Made by a program: the position numbers and the translations under genes
Source: the human T2T-CHM13v2.0 reference genome, Homo sapiens
Strand: one strand, 5' to 3'
Assembly: GCF_009914755.1 (NCBI RefSeq)
Contig: NC_060930.1
Length of the DNA stretch: 64,000 nt
Part shown: positions 25,893-41,498 of the stretch, in pieces
How the letters are laid out: the number at the start of each line of letters is the position of its first letter
Numbering within the stretch: the stretch's first letter is position 1
The notes under the pieces: generated by a model
What the model was told of the DNA's origin: nothing
Databases searched by the model: none
Seen by the model: the letters and a program-made list of their open reading frames with translations, nothing else

Positions 25893-26699
25893 CCAGCGCC
25901 AGAGCTGGAGGAGGTCAGAGGAGAGGGGCCGTACTGGAGGGGGCTGGCTATCTTGGGGAAGTTGGGTGAGGCCCGAGGGGGCCAAGGGCTCAGCATGCAA
26001 CTGGGCCGGAGTGGGGGCTGCTGGGCTTAGGAGCGGATCTCCACCGAGGTCTGGGTTTCTTCTCTCGCAACGGTCTTGACTGTTTCCTTGAGCCACCGTC
26101 AGATATTTATTTAACCTCGCAGTTCAGCCTCCTGGGGGCCTGCAGGGAAGGGATGGAGGCAGGGCGGAGAAAGCTGGGGGAGAAGGGGAGCGAAAGAGGA
26201 AACATTTTCCTTTCCATGCGCAGGCCGAGCTCACGCATAGAGTCCCACCCAGGGCCCCCAGTCTTCTGGGGGCCAGCAGCCCCTTGGATTCCAAGTGTCA
26301 ACGTGAGAATTCAGGAACCACGACAGTCTACCCATCTCTATTTAAGAACGGAGAAACCGAGGGGAGAGGTAACTCGCCCAAGGTCCCACGGCGAGTCCAG
26401 GGCGGCGCTAGACTCCCAGTCTCTGGGGTCTCTCCTCCATTCTAGCCCGTCAGATGAGCACCGGAGACCCTGTAGTGTCGGGGCTGGAGTCAGAGGACCT
26501 GAATTTTGTGCGAAGCCACAACATTTACCAGGCTTGTCATTGGGCTAGACACTTTGCCTCTCTGTGCCTCAGTTTCCTTGTCTGTAAAGGGCATCGCTCT
26601 TGCCCCTACCTTCCTTGGCTTGTTGCTGGACAAATAATGTTTTTTAAAAAAGCAATACCACCTGCCAATTGCTGAGCCCCAGTGAGCCTGGCACTGTCC

Positions 26700-28000
26700 T
26701 GGGCGCATCGTCCAAGACCTCCGTGTTCTCCCGGCTTTGTAAATCCCGCCGCTTCTCCAGCCAGTGAGAATGGGGGCTAAAGGGAGGGGTGGGGGGTGAG
26801 GCCAGAACCTGGCTGTCTAGCCAGAAAGAAGCCCCTCAGCGCAAAGCGGGGGCGCCTACCCCCAGGCCTAGGGGTCGGTGTCGGGGGCACTGGGAGAGGG
26901 GAAGCTGGGGGGTACGGGAGCGGAAGTCCCTGCTGGGAGGCCCAACTTCCCCTTCGCCCCTCCCCCCGGCCTGCCCCGGGGCAGGTGAAGAGGGGACCGG
27001 GCTCCGCTCCAGGTGGCGGGGCAGCGACGGGGGTGGGGAAAGGCCCGGCAACAATAGCACTTTTATTTGGGACTGTTTGGTTCTGAGCGGGTGGGCGGAG
27101 GAGGAGGCGGCCGACCCGGCTGCCAGGGAGGGGGCTGGTCAGCGGCATCTGGCTACACACCTGCTCCCGCTTAACCCTGTGCGCGCTGGGGCAGGGTGCG
27201 CAGCGCAGGGGCAGGGGGAGCGGGGGCGTTGGCAGCCAGCGCCGGGAGCGACGCAGGCTGCGTGCGGCCAGCCTCGGGGGCCCCGGGCCAGGTCTGGCGG
27301 TCTCGGAGAGAGCAAGAATGGGGCTCCCTAGTGGAGATCTGTCGAGGGGCACCACCAGGGCTAGCACTGTACCGCTACCGCTGGTGGTGGCTCTCGACCT
27401 GCGCTGGCCCCTTAGGGCTCCCTGGTCGGCCTCCAGCGCGCCAGGGCGGCTCGGGCGGGAGAGGGAAGGCGAGGGGTGGCTCCGGGGCCTCGGCGCTGAC
27501 TCCCCGCCGCCTTCGGGGCGTTCCGGGAAGCCGGCCTTCCGGAGGCGGCGCGGCGGCCACGGCCATGCCAAGGGCGCGGGGCGCGGGCCAGGCCCAGCGG
27601 GCGGCCGCCAGGCGGGGGAGCTAACGCTGGGCGCGCCCTCGCGCACTAAACGCTTCCTGGCTGGCCCTGCAGGTGAGCCGGGATGCCCAGCACACCGGAC
27701 CCTGGGCCTGGGCCTCGCCGACGCTCCTTGCCAGTCCGGCGCCCGGGAGGCCTAGCCCTCAGCTGCACCTGCCCGCGGAGGGACCCCCGCCCCCTCTACC
27801 CCACACCCCCACCCCAGGGCTGGCGCGCTTGCCTGCCGCACAATCGGAGCTTGTTTGTGGGCGGAGGAGCCGCGCCGGGTGCGGCGGCCCCGCGCCAGCC
27901 CACTGATCCCATAAAATATTATTTGTGTTTAAAAATTCCAGTAATTGGCTATGCAGCCGCTTTTTCCGAGCCCTGTGCCAAGCGCAGTAAAATCGCAGTC
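26700..28000. promoter_or_regulatory. Largest CpG island (orphan; promoter-like)
   Basis: Very high GC/CpG, G-runs, NotI site near 27600; consensus splice donor CAG|GTGAGC at 27670-27678. Confidence 0.9.
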
Positions 28001-28320
28001 CGGCTGGGGTTATTTTCATCATGCAAATTCCCATTTCTGTAAACAGGGTTAAAGCCCCTGGAAGGGGCCGGGCTAGAACCAGAGGAGGAAAGCAGAGGGA
28101 CAGATGTGTTCTCAGACTCTGGGAGTTGCTCAAACCCGGCCTCCGCTCCTGTGATCACCCGGCTGATTAGGGAGTGTTATTCAGATAATTCACCCAAACG
28201 CTTTCCCTTGCAGACCAGTGCCTGGACTCTACTGGTAAAATCTTTCCTTTCCTTAACTTTCTTCTCTTTCCCCATCCGATTATCTTACACCATTAAATCA
28301 TGGAAATAAAATTCTTATCG
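27900..28320. promoter_or_regulatory. Candidate conserved enhancer at the CpG-island edge
   Basis: CCCATAAAA 27908, TAATTG 27942, octamer ATGCAAAT 28021-28028, TGTAAACA 28038-28045, TGATTAG 28164. Confidence 0.65.
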
Positions 28321-28832
28321 CCTCCGTTATCACAGGAGCAAACTGAGGCCCAGAGAGGGGAAGAGACTTGCCTTAGGTCACACAGCAACTTTGTGCTGGA
28401 GCCCAGGCTAGGTTGCCTAACTGCGCAGCCATCGGCACTGGTGCAGGGCTTGGAAGAGGAGGATGCTGGAGCAGGTCCCAGTGCAGCTAGGGCAGCAGAA
28501 GGTCCCAGCTCTGGGCTCTGGGATGCTGTGGACACCCACCATAAGTCTTCCCCTGGGGGAAGACTCCCTCCCCCTCCAAACATACCCACTTCCTGTCCCT
28601 GCAGCCGCCTGGAAAGGAGGAGGAGGGAGTCCCTGCCAGAGCCTTGGAAACCCTGAGTAATGGACAGGGGAGCCTCTGCCCTGCTCCACCCAGTGATGGC
28701 TGCTGTCTGCGGCAGGGAGCCACTAAGAAGAGGAACCACACACGTGGGAGGCACAGATTTTTTAAATAGAGGCAGAACTGGAGCCCAGATTCTGAAGCTG
28801 AAAGGAGAGCTGGGGCTCCCAAAAGAGTAAAT

Positions 28833-28882
28833 AATAATATATTATTTGTAACATAATATAGTACTACAAATAATATATTATT
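28833..28882. repeat. Perfect 18-bp inverted repeat, 14-nt spacer
   Basis: aataatatattatttgta (28833-28850) / tacaaataatatattatt (28865-28882). Confidence 0.92.
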
Positions 28883-29589
28883 TCTGAATTGTATTGAGTA
28901 CCTAGTATGTGCCAGACACTACTTCACAATTTGTCTCATTTGACTCCCACAAGCCTAGGAAGTTGGGCATAATATTATAAATATTATACCCACTTTCCAG
29001 ATTGACGATACTGAGGCTCCAGGAGATTACGTTCCTTGCCCAAGATTGAATTTCTCCAGGGATTTCTGTGAATGAAAGACCACTAGGTTTCCTTCTGTCC
29101 CTCAACGACCTCAGGTTTTCCTACCAGCCAAGCCTCCTTCCTCCCTCCACGTCCCCCTGCAGTCCTGTGTGCAGGCCACTTTCTTGCCCTTGTTCCTCCT
29201 CCCTCCTATACTCAATCTTCCCTCTCCCCTCTCCCTCTTCAAACCACAGGCTCTCCAGCCCCTGCGGCTGAGGGATCTCTTGCTAGACAAGCCTCTTGTG
29301 ATGCTGCACTCCACCACCCACAACGGTGGCGAGAAGGAAAGCAGCAGCAACAATAACAAAAACAGCTTCTTTTTCTCAATGAGGTTGTGTGCTTAGTAGT
29401 GCCTCCTCCGTGCCCATCCAAAGACACACACACACCCCGAAAACAGAGTCCAGGTTGTGCTTCAGTAGAAGGAAGGCATCTCCAGGGGCCTGGGATTCTT
29501 TCACAGCCAAGTGGGCGGCTGTGTGGGGCACTGAGTTTCCCGTCACTGCCAGTGTCCCAGCACAGCCTGGAGACTCCCAGCCCATGGTG

Positions 29590-29760
29590 CTGCCAATGAA
29601 ATTCCTGTAGCCTCTTGCTCAGAAATCCATTTCAATCCTAAGACTCCAGGATTCCAGCTACACTACCGTATAAATACAGGGCCTCATTGTAATCAAATTG
29701 AATTCGGTTATTGTGTAAGTTTCGTGTCAATCTCTAAATAGAAATGCCTTCAAGGTGGCT
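29590..29760. promoter_or_regulatory. Candidate conserved enhancer
   Basis: TATAAATA 29669, CATTGT 29685 overlapping TAATCA 29690, tgtcaat, ctaaatag 29734. Confidence 0.55.
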
Positions 29761-30707
29761 GGTATCAAGGGGAGAAGGAGAAAGCACCCTCAACTGGGCC
29801 CAGTAGGAGGACAGCTTCCTGGGAGGGGGAAAAATACACCATGGGAATGGGGAGTGGGAGGAAGGGGGCTACTTATTGAGAAAGAGAAAATGGCAGTGTC
29901 TGGTGAATTCTAAAGGGCACTTGCTGCCAAAGACTCTAGTGTGAATTGTAAGAGAAAGCCAGTACCCAGAGTCCCAAAGCAAGCAACCCTAGAGGTCTCA
30001 CCTCTCCTTTAGGGCTTCTCTCAGCCATCTGGATTTCCTACCTTCAGTCTTCCTTACTGCTTACTGCTTAAGTGGGGCCCTGAGTGTGTCATGCTCAGGT
30101 GAGAGGCCCTCCCCTTAAAGCACTGCAGAGAGTCACTGCCAGGGCCTGGACATAGGTTTTGGGGCCCCGGGGTATATGCCAGATGCCCCTTCCTGCCCAT
30201 TCCCTGACTAACTCCAGATCCCAACACCTTTCCAGAGTCCGTCATAAGGATTTTAAAGTGGGCAACCGCCTCATCCCTCAGGGAAGGAAAGAGCCCCCCA
30301 GACGAGCTGAGGGCTCTGTCTGCAAGACCATCTGTGGCACAGAGGATCTAGGGGACAGTTGGGTGCAGAAACTTCCAGAGAGTTCACCCAGGGTGAAGCC
30401 ACAATGGCTCCCTGGGGTGTGTGACTCACATGTATGATGTTACAGTGGGATTGGGAGGTGTGGCCAGCACCCTTGAGCTCATATTCTTTTGGACTTTGAA
30501 GGATGTAGATGGGTACTTCTTCCCTCACAGCTGTCTTTCCCGTGCTATCACCCCAGAGAGGGTAGGATGAAATGGGGTGGGTCCCATGACCTTTTGTCCA
30601 TTTGGAAAGTGAATTTAGAGATCCTTCTCAAGGACAGGCACAATCAGAGATGACCGCAAGTCCCAACCTGTAAGGAAATACCAGTTAGAGAGAAAGATAT
30701 ACAGTAA

Positions 30708-31060
<353 letters not shown>

Positions 31061-31599
31061 TTACATGCCAGGTACAAATATGAGCTCACGACCATCAGAA
31101 AGGAGCGAGGGGCTAGGAGGACCTAAGCAAGGAATGTTTCAAGGTGAAGAACGGTTAAGGCTTTGAGAGGGCTTTGCATAACTGGCAGAATTTTTATCAG
31201 GCAGAGAGGGGGCTGGCAAAGTATTCTGGATGGTGGGAACAGCATTCAAACAGCCTGGAATACACAGGCCTAAAACAGGAACCTGGGACGAGAGGACTAA
31301 CTGGGAGAGGTGAGAGGAGATGGGGGGTTTCTGACATCTTCCCCAAACCCAGGAGCTTCTCTCAATCCTGGTTCCCCTTCCTGGTCTGAGGGTCCCCTCT
31401 CTTCTCTCCATTTTTTTTTTCTTTAAGAGGAACGTTGGGTGAGCTCCACCTCCAAACCTGTGTGTGAGACCCCATCAGCAGAGGACATCTGTGGCAAAGA
31501 GGAGGTGGAGGAGGAAGCAGGGTGTATGTTCTTGCCTTCGGCCTCCTTTGCTGTCTCTCCATCTCTGATCCCCACCCTGGTGTCCCTGTCTCCTCTCTG

Positions 31600-31600
<1 letters not shown>

Positions 31601-31634
<34 letters not shown>
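31601..31634. repeat. (CT)n microsatellite
   Basis: Seen directly. Confidence 0.95.
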
Positions 31635-31637
<3 letters not shown>

Positions 31638-32625
31638 GATTCCTCTGTCATTGCCTCTTCTCTCTCCCAGTCCACTCTGATCCAAATATCCCTTCACCTT
31701 TGCTCAGGAACAAGGCACTCCTCCAAGTGCCCAGGCAGGAGTCGGTATGGGGGGCTGGTGGCCTGGCCCAAGTCCTCCAGGGAGCAGGCCCCGAGGTGGG
31801 AAGAATATTTCTCCCTTCCCCCCATCTCTGGGCCCTCCCTCTGTGAGTACAGCCTGAGGACAAAGGTGATGCTCCACCCCCCTGGCCCACCCCAGCCTCC
31901 TGCCCCACCCCAGCCTCCTGCTCCACCCCTCAAGACTTCCCCTCCTTGTCATCCAAAGAAAAGCCCACCACTTTGGGGGACCAGCCTCGGAGGAAGCCTC
32001 AGTCAGCTTCCTGTGTGAAGATCCCCAAGGTAGAGCAGAAGCTTCCTCCCAAGGCCAGGACCCAGGCCTCCCCTAAAGGATCCAGCACCTTCCAGGCCCA
32101 GCAACAGCTGGCCCCAATGACAATTTGGCCTCCGATTATTATCAAAACCCCCTCCGAGAGCTCACCTCTCAAAGAGCGACATGCACCCTCTGCCAAGGAG
32201 GCCTCCTGCTCCCCAGGTGCATGTGACCACCCCTTACCCCACTTTTCTTCAAAATAAATATTTTTGTTAGATCAGCAATAGTCTACCTTTTTCTTCTGCC
32301 CTGAGAAAGAGAGAGGAAAGACACAATCTCAGGCACTTTCAGCTGTACTATTGCATTTAATCTTCACAATAGCCCTAAAAGATTGAAAATATGTCAAGTT
32401 TTGTAGATGAGGAAACTGAAGTTCAGAGGAGTTAAGTTACTTGCCGAGGTGGCAGAGCAATGATTTGATCTCAGAGCTGAGTCTAAAGCTCACGTCCCCT
32501 TTGCTGAGCCCTATAATGATATCATCCTGCAGGCAGATCAATGACAATACAGTGGACAAGAGACAGGGCACTTACAAGACCTTGAATCTATCACTCAAGG
32601 CGCCCGTTATATCTGTCAGTTTTCC

Positions 32626-32938
<313 letters not shown>

Positions 32939-33190
32939 TGATTGAAGACTTGGGGCCACTTCTCCCCATGTCTCCACCCTGAGACTTTATTCTGCCCCCT
33001 CTTCCCCTTACCATGCTGCTCAAGCCAAGACTACCAAATCCACACGCACCTCCTGCCCCGAATTCTCCTGCCCAAGTTATGTATCATGCAATTTAGATGT
33101 TTTTCTCCCCTAATAATTTATATCACCTCATTCAAAATTTGGTCCATAACCAATATCAAGGCAGAGACTTAATTTGAATCCTATGTTTTA

Positions 33191-33853
<663 letters not shown>

Positions 33854-33859
33854 AAGACT

Positions 33860-35115
33860 TAATTTTTTAATAATAAACCTTTTCTTAGAAGAGTTTTTGG
33901 TTTACAAAAAAAATTGAGAAAATAGTACAGAGAGTTCCCATATACCCCCTGTACCTAGTGTCCTCTATTATTAACATCTTATATTGGGATAGTACATTCA
34001 TTAGAATTAATAAACCAGTATTGATACATTACTATTGTTACTATTATTATTAAAGTAAAGATGTGGGAGTCTCGCCATGTTGCCCAGGCTGGTCTTGAAC
34101 TCCTGGCCTCAAGCCATCTTCTGACCTCAGCCTACCAAAGTGCTGGGATTACAGGCATGAGCCACCATGGTTGGCCTGATACATTAACTAAAACCCCCCA
34201 GTGAATTCATATTTCCTTAGTTTTCACCTAATGTTCTTTTCTAATTCCAGGACCTCCTTCAGGATGCCACATTTAATCGTCATGTCTCCTTATGCCCCTC
34301 CCCCCTCCGCTTCCTGTGACAGTTTCTTAGGCCTCCGTTGTTTTTGATGACCTTGACAGTTTCAAGGAGTACTGATCAGGTATTTTGAGGAATGTTTCTC
34401 TCTTGGAATTTGATGTTTTTCTCATGACTAGACTAGGGTTAAAAAAATGGGGAGGAAGGTCACAGAGATAAAGTGCCATTTGTATCACATTGTATATAGC
34501 AAGTTTTGTGACTGTTATGTTGCCCTTCATTACCTGGCTGGGGTAGTGCTTCGGCAAGTAACTTACCAGATTACTTCATTGCAAAGTTAGGCTTTCCCAC
34601 CACGCTTCTCCTACTGTGCTCTTTGGAGGGAAGTCACTATGCGCAGCCCACACAGAAGCCATGGGGAGTTAACGCTCCTCCTCCATGAGGACAAAGTGTC
34701 TCCATAAAAGATTTGGATTTCTTCTGCATGCGAGAGTTCTCTCTTCTCCTCCATTTATTTATTTATTCAATTATTTATATCAGCAGGGACTCGGGGATAT
34801 TTATTTTATACTTTGGGTAATAATCCAATACTAGTATATTTATTTTTTTCGCTCAGATTGTTCCAGTTTTGGCCATTGGGAGCTATTTCAGTTGGCTCCT
34901 GTGTTCCTTTGACATACCCCCATCAATGTGGGAGTTTTGTTTTGGCTTTTTTGTTTTGCTTTGTTTTGTTTTAAGCATTTCCATACTTTCTGGAACTATA
35001 AGACCTCCAAATTCCTCTTGTATATTTTCCTGCCCTAGTCTCAGATTCAGCCATTTCTCCAAGGAGCCGTTTCATTTCCTTGGAACCTAGCTCTGGGTGC
35101 TAGGTGTGCAGTTAC
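33860..35115 (-). mobile_element. L1MC-type 3' end with nested Alu monomer (about 34062-34177)
   Basis: aaatagtacagagagttcccatatacccc...tttttgatgaccttgacagtttcaaggagtactg. Confidence 0.85.
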
Positions 35116-35270
35116 AGACTTAATTTTTGTATGTAATAAAGGTATTTAAGATATTTTGAAAAGCTCTTATCTTTTCCAGATTTATATAAAATGTTTATGG
35201 CTGAAATAATATAATGTCTGTGATTTGCTTCAAAAGAATACAGGGAGAGACAGAATATAGAAGACACAAA

Positions 35271-35655
<385 letters not shown>

Positions 35656-35987
35656 CTACTTTAGTATATGCTTGAAATTTCTAGAGTAAAAATGTTAAAA
35701 CATTAAAATAAAACTTGGTCCCACTTACCTCCTCTAAAGGTGTTCTTGGTTGCTCACATGTTCTGGCAACTGCTCCTCACTCCTGCCGGACTCTTTCGTT
35801 CTTTCTTGGTCACACTGCTGCACTGAGGTTTCCCAGGCCTCTGCTTGCTGCCAGCCTGAAGACCAGGTATCTCCTCACAGTGGCACCACCGACCCTCCCC
35901 AAGCACCCACTCCATGCAGGGTGTTATAACAAGCGTTCATGATGCTGAACCAAACAGCGCAGGTTTTGTCAGCTATTATGGTTATCG

Positions 35988-36323
<336 letters not shown>

Positions 36324-36649
36324 TGACATTTTCTCTTTTGAGATTTTTTTTTTCAGTGTTCTGTGAAACCTACTCTTTCTAAGGCTAGGCTAAATGTGTA
36401 AGAAAATGTTCCTCAAAATGCACCCCAGTGGTCCCAGCATTAGAATCCCCTCTAGTTCCTATTGAAAATGCAGACTCTGGGTCCCTGATTCTCTAGTTAC
36501 TGAACCTGCAGGTGTAAAGTGGGGCTCTGGGCTCTGGTTTGTAATGAGCTCCATATCTCCCTTCCTGGGGAGGAGGAGGTCCTTAAAGTTCATCTCTCGA
36601 AGCTGAGGGTTCTTGGCTATGAAGAAAGATGATGGTCATTGTCTTATAT

Positions 36650-36928
36650 ATTTATCTATTTATTTATTTTTAGAGACAGGATCTGGCTCTGTTGCCCAGG
36701 CCAGAGTACAATGGTGCAATCGCAGCTCACTGCAGCCTGGAACTTAAGCAATCAGGCAATCAGAGGGGTGAACCATCATGCCTAGCTAAATTTTTTAATT
36801 TTTTTTTGCAGAGACGGGGTCTTGCTATGTTGCCCAGGCTGATCTCAAACTCTTGGGCTCAAGTGATCCACCTCCTTCAGGCCTCCCAAAATGTTGAGAT
36901 TACAGGCATGAGCCACAGCGCCCGGCCA
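36650..36928 (-). mobile_element. Alu (AluJ-like) with internal deletion
   Basis: Antisense Alu; short gcaatcag duplication at the deletion point. Confidence 0.9.
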
Positions 36929-37714
36929 GCCTTTGCCTTTTTAATCTCTCCCTGTTTCTGCTTCTCTGCCCCATTTTGTCCTGTGTGTTTCTGCCCTCTG
37001 GCAATCTCTCTCTTGTCCCTTGGCCTCCCGCTGGCCATGGCTTGTTTTGTGGCCTGGGCAGAAGGTGCTGTATCAGGCAGGGTCACGACGGGAAACGAAG
37101 TTTACCCCCAACTGGTTCAAGTGAAGAGACCTAAAGACATAAAGACATATTTCTAGAGTTAAGGGGAGGAACTAGGGATATTGAGGCACCAGAGACTAAC
37201 AACACTGGATGCCATGATCACCCTGAGAGGCAAAGGAAGCAAAAGTACTGTATGCGACCAGTGAGGGCTGGGGCCTGGGAAAGGGGCTGCCTGCAGCAGC
37301 TGCAGTCTTGGAGAGACCTAGGGCTGAGCCTCTCCTCCCTCTCTCCCACCCCAGTTGCTTATTCACATTGGCCAAACCCAAAAACAAGCCAGAGGGCTCA
37401 GCCTCCCTCGGCTTACAGCAGAGTGGAGACGGGTAAGGAGCAGACTGGGCTGGAGGTAAGGGGCAAATGGGATAATGGGCACATTGGGTGCGCTTCTCAA
37501 GTCCTGACTGACCAGACCCTTTGGTCACCAACCTCCAGGGCAGGCTCCCAGGCTGCTCCTGAGCCCTCCAGAGAACCAGTGTCTGAGGAGCTGAGTACGG
37601 TCTTGGCCCTGTTCTTTACGGTCAGGGTATACACTTCTTAAAGCCCAAGTGAGAGGGTGCCGTGACTCCCTGTTCTCCCTCTGCTCCCAGGAAATCTCTG
37701 CTTTGCTAGTATTT

Positions 37715-38200
37715 CAGTGAGGATTAGGTTTTTCCAAGTGTCCGAAAATCTAAGATAACAATTACTTATAAAAGATGAAAGTTTATTTCTCTGACACATG
37801 CAGAAATTTCATATATGGGAAGCTCAAAGAAGGGTGGGCAGATTCACAAAGTCATCAGAATTCCAGGCTCCTTCTGTTACTTTGCCCTGTCTTCCTCAGT
37901 ACATAGCTTCCACCTTATGATTCAACAGGGCTGCTAACGCTCCAGCTATCAGATCTACATTCCAGTCAGCAGCAAAAAGGAACCTTGAAGGATTCTCCTT
38001 CCATTTAAGATTCCCTGGAAGCCCTACATACTTCCATTGACATGTCATGAGCCAAAACCCTGTCTCACAGCCATGCCTAGCTACAGAGGAGGCCAGAGAA
38101 TACAGTCTTTATTCTGAGTGGGCACATGCACAGCAGAATTAGTGATTCTATTACTAAGGAAGATGAAGAGAATGGATACTGGGGTTGGCTAGCAGTTGCT
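37715..38200 (-). mobile_element. MaLR LTR (MLT1J/K-like)
   Basis: aagtttatttctct...ccaggctccttctg...gctccagctatcagatctacattccagtcagcag...ctagctacagaggaggccagagaatacagtcttt. Confidence 0.7.
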
Positions 38201-39209
38201 GCTGCAACTGGAATGGTTGGTACTGCAGGATTTGGGGTGTTGAGGAAGCAGGGGGAGAGGGTGCATGTAGCAAAGGGTTTAAGGCAGAGGAAGAAACACA
38301 ACTCAACCTCTCACCCTCTACTCCCTCGGGGAGCCTCTCCCAGGAATTCTTCCCCATAGCTGCAGCTAGAGAGAGCTTTCCTTCCTGCCATTGAACTTGC
38401 AGCCACAGCACTCAATCATGACATGCTCTGCAGAAACCACCTCCATATGGTCAAGACCTACAGTCATTTTCCTGTCCTTGACTTTCTGCCCTTCCCAGCA
38501 GCCTTAGCCATGTTTGGAGGTGCCCCCTGAAACCATCTCCTCTCCTAGCTCCCATGGCCTTCTGCCAGCCCCTCCTACCTCCCAGCCCCACACACTCCTC
38601 ACTTGTTGTTGCTGGCCTCTCCTTGCTATAGTTCTAGGTCTTCCTCCTGGCCCAGGCTGAACCCTTTGTTTCTCTCTCTCTCTCTCTCTCTTTTTACTTT
38701 TTGTAGAGATAGGGGTCTCACTATGTTGCCCAGGCTGGTCCCAAACTCCTGGCCTGTGGTGATCCTCCCACCTCGGCCTTCCAAAGTGCTGGGATTACAG
38801 AAGTGAGCCACCTTGCCAGTCTGTTCCCAATACACACCTTCCCCAGGTGGTCTCATCCATGACCACGGATTTAAAGACTCCATATGGCTCCAGACACTAA
38901 GATTTTATCTCCAGCCCTAATCTTCTCGCCCAATTCATTTCTCCAGCTGTTCACCTCCCACCAAAGCAGCGTTCTGGTGTTCCTCCCTCATGCTTCCCCC
39001 TCGGGAAATGGCACCACATTTGCCAAAACACTCCAGCCCAAAGCAAATGTGTCCTCTTCAATTCCTCCCTTCTCCTCGCCCCTCATCTCCAACCCACTAG
39101 CCAGTCCTGCTTGGTCAAATCCATATATATATATAATTTTTTTTTTTTAGACTGGGCTGACAGCACACAACATGGCCTCTAGTCTCCTGCCACCTCTCCC
39201 ACTTCCTGA

Positions 39210-39677
<468 letters not shown>

Positions 39678-41485
39678 TATTCCCAGCCCTTTCTCATCCT
39701 GTAGAGCTCACATCTACATGGCATCCTCCTGGGTGGCCACCCAGCTCAGTCAGCCCTTTGTTAATTTTCTTCCTTTTGCTTAGAGTTACTTGCCATTATT
39801 TTTGCAGTGTTCTTTCATGTCCACTGACTTTCTTTCTGTCTGTGTCACTTTATTAGAACATAAACATGATGAAGACAGGCCATCTCCCCTGGCACAATTG
39901 GTCCAACATAGGCCTTGACCCATAGAAGGTGTTTAAAAAATCTATTGGATCAGTGATGAACCTTTCTCTATCTTCCATCACGCCTAACTGATTGCCAGGG
40001 AAACCACTGGAACTCAGTGAAGATGCTGCTGACTATTTAATTAGCATCTCCAGCCATGCCCTGCACAAACCCAGAGTTCTTCAGAGCCCCTAGCATCAGG
40101 AGTGCTGGGTGCTATCCCACCCAGAAACTCTGCCTCCTCTCTTCCTTCTGCGTTCCCCAGTGCCCACACGAGCTCTCACTAGCCAACAAGCCTGGGATAC
40201 AGCGTCATTTCTAAAGCACCTACTACGTACCGGGTGCAGCTTGCCCTCACAACCAACTGCAAGGATAGATTAGCAAAAGACAAGATTCTTTTCCAAATGA
40301 GAAACCATGCCCCAGAGAGGCTAAATAATTTGCCCAGGACCACAGTAGTGAGTGGTAAGGTGGGATTCAAATCCAGGGCTGTCTGATCCAGTTAAATTAC
40401 ACCAAGCCACCAAGAGGGGCTGTGAGAAGGGCTTTGAACCCTCCCCCGCTGTAGTGTGCCCACCCCTTCCTTGATACCCTTCTTGCCCTTCTACCCTGGG
40501 GTTCTGCCAGGAGCAAGAGGTAAGGAACAGGGCCTCAAAAGTCAGAAAGTCTGGGAGGGTAAGGGCAAGGTGTGTGTTGGGGAGAGGACGCGGGGTTTGG
40601 TCTTGGGCAGGGACTGAGCCCTGGCTTCCAGTCGGCGGTGGTGAAGGGAGAAGATGGACAGACAGGTTGATGGGAAGATGTGACCACCCCAAATTCTGAA
40701 TGCCTGTCTTCTTTCCTTGTCTATTACAGGTCTATGCTCAGAAGGTTGGAAATTTGGGGCAAGGAAGGGAGGTAACCATTTCCTGTCCCTGACCTGCCTG
40801 CCCACATCCCCTCACCTGACAGGGCTCTTAAGGGCTGAGGCATGTGCGGTAAGAGGGAAAGAGGAGGGGCAGTATGGGAAGGGGGTGCATCAGTGCCCCC
40901 CACAGACAAATAGGGGCTTGCCTGGGGATGTGGTTCTATCAGTCTTTGGAAGAGAAGGAAAGGTGAGAGGGGCCTCAGCCAGGAAGGAGGGAAGGAGGGG
41001 GGTGAGCAAGCGTCAGGGTGAGAAGCCTGGAGGTGGAGAGGGCACAGGCCCTTGTCTGACTGGTCAAGGCAGAGCGGGCCTGAGAGGGAGAACCGTCAGC
41101 AGAAATGGCTCCCCTCCCTCCTCCCTCTCATAGTCCAGCCCTGGCCTCCTACCCGCACCCCTACCCAGCCCAGGAAGAGGAGTGGGAAAAGGCCCTGTCA
41201 CTAGGAGACCCTTTGTACTGCCAGCTTTTGGCTTTTTGCAGGGGAACAAGCCCCTCTCTAATCCGCAGCCTTCGACTCCTAGGCCTAATTAATAGGAATT
41301 TGCCCCCCTACTTGGGCCTCAGGCCTGCAGGGCAGGGACTGTAGGAGGAGAGGAAGTAGGGAGGTATGGGCATCCCCACAGGGGCCACCCTGAGGGTTAG
41401 CTGGGGCTGGGGGTAGACCCTACCCCAAACCTCAGGTCCTGGCCCCAGCCCAGCCTGGGAAGGGAGCAATGAACACCGAGTACGC

Positions 41486-41498
41486 AGGTCAAAGGGCA
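41486..41498 (+). promoter_or_regulatory. DR1 nuclear-receptor element
   Basis: AGGTCA-A-AGGGCA, 12/13 match to consensus DR1. Confidence 0.4.

Noticed and set aside
26777-27755. Long ORFs (289, 180, 145, 142 aa) in the main CpG island
   Set aside because: Overlapping ORFs in many frames, Pro/Arg/Gly/Ala-rich with no domain; expected from stop-codon scarcity in GC-rich DNA.
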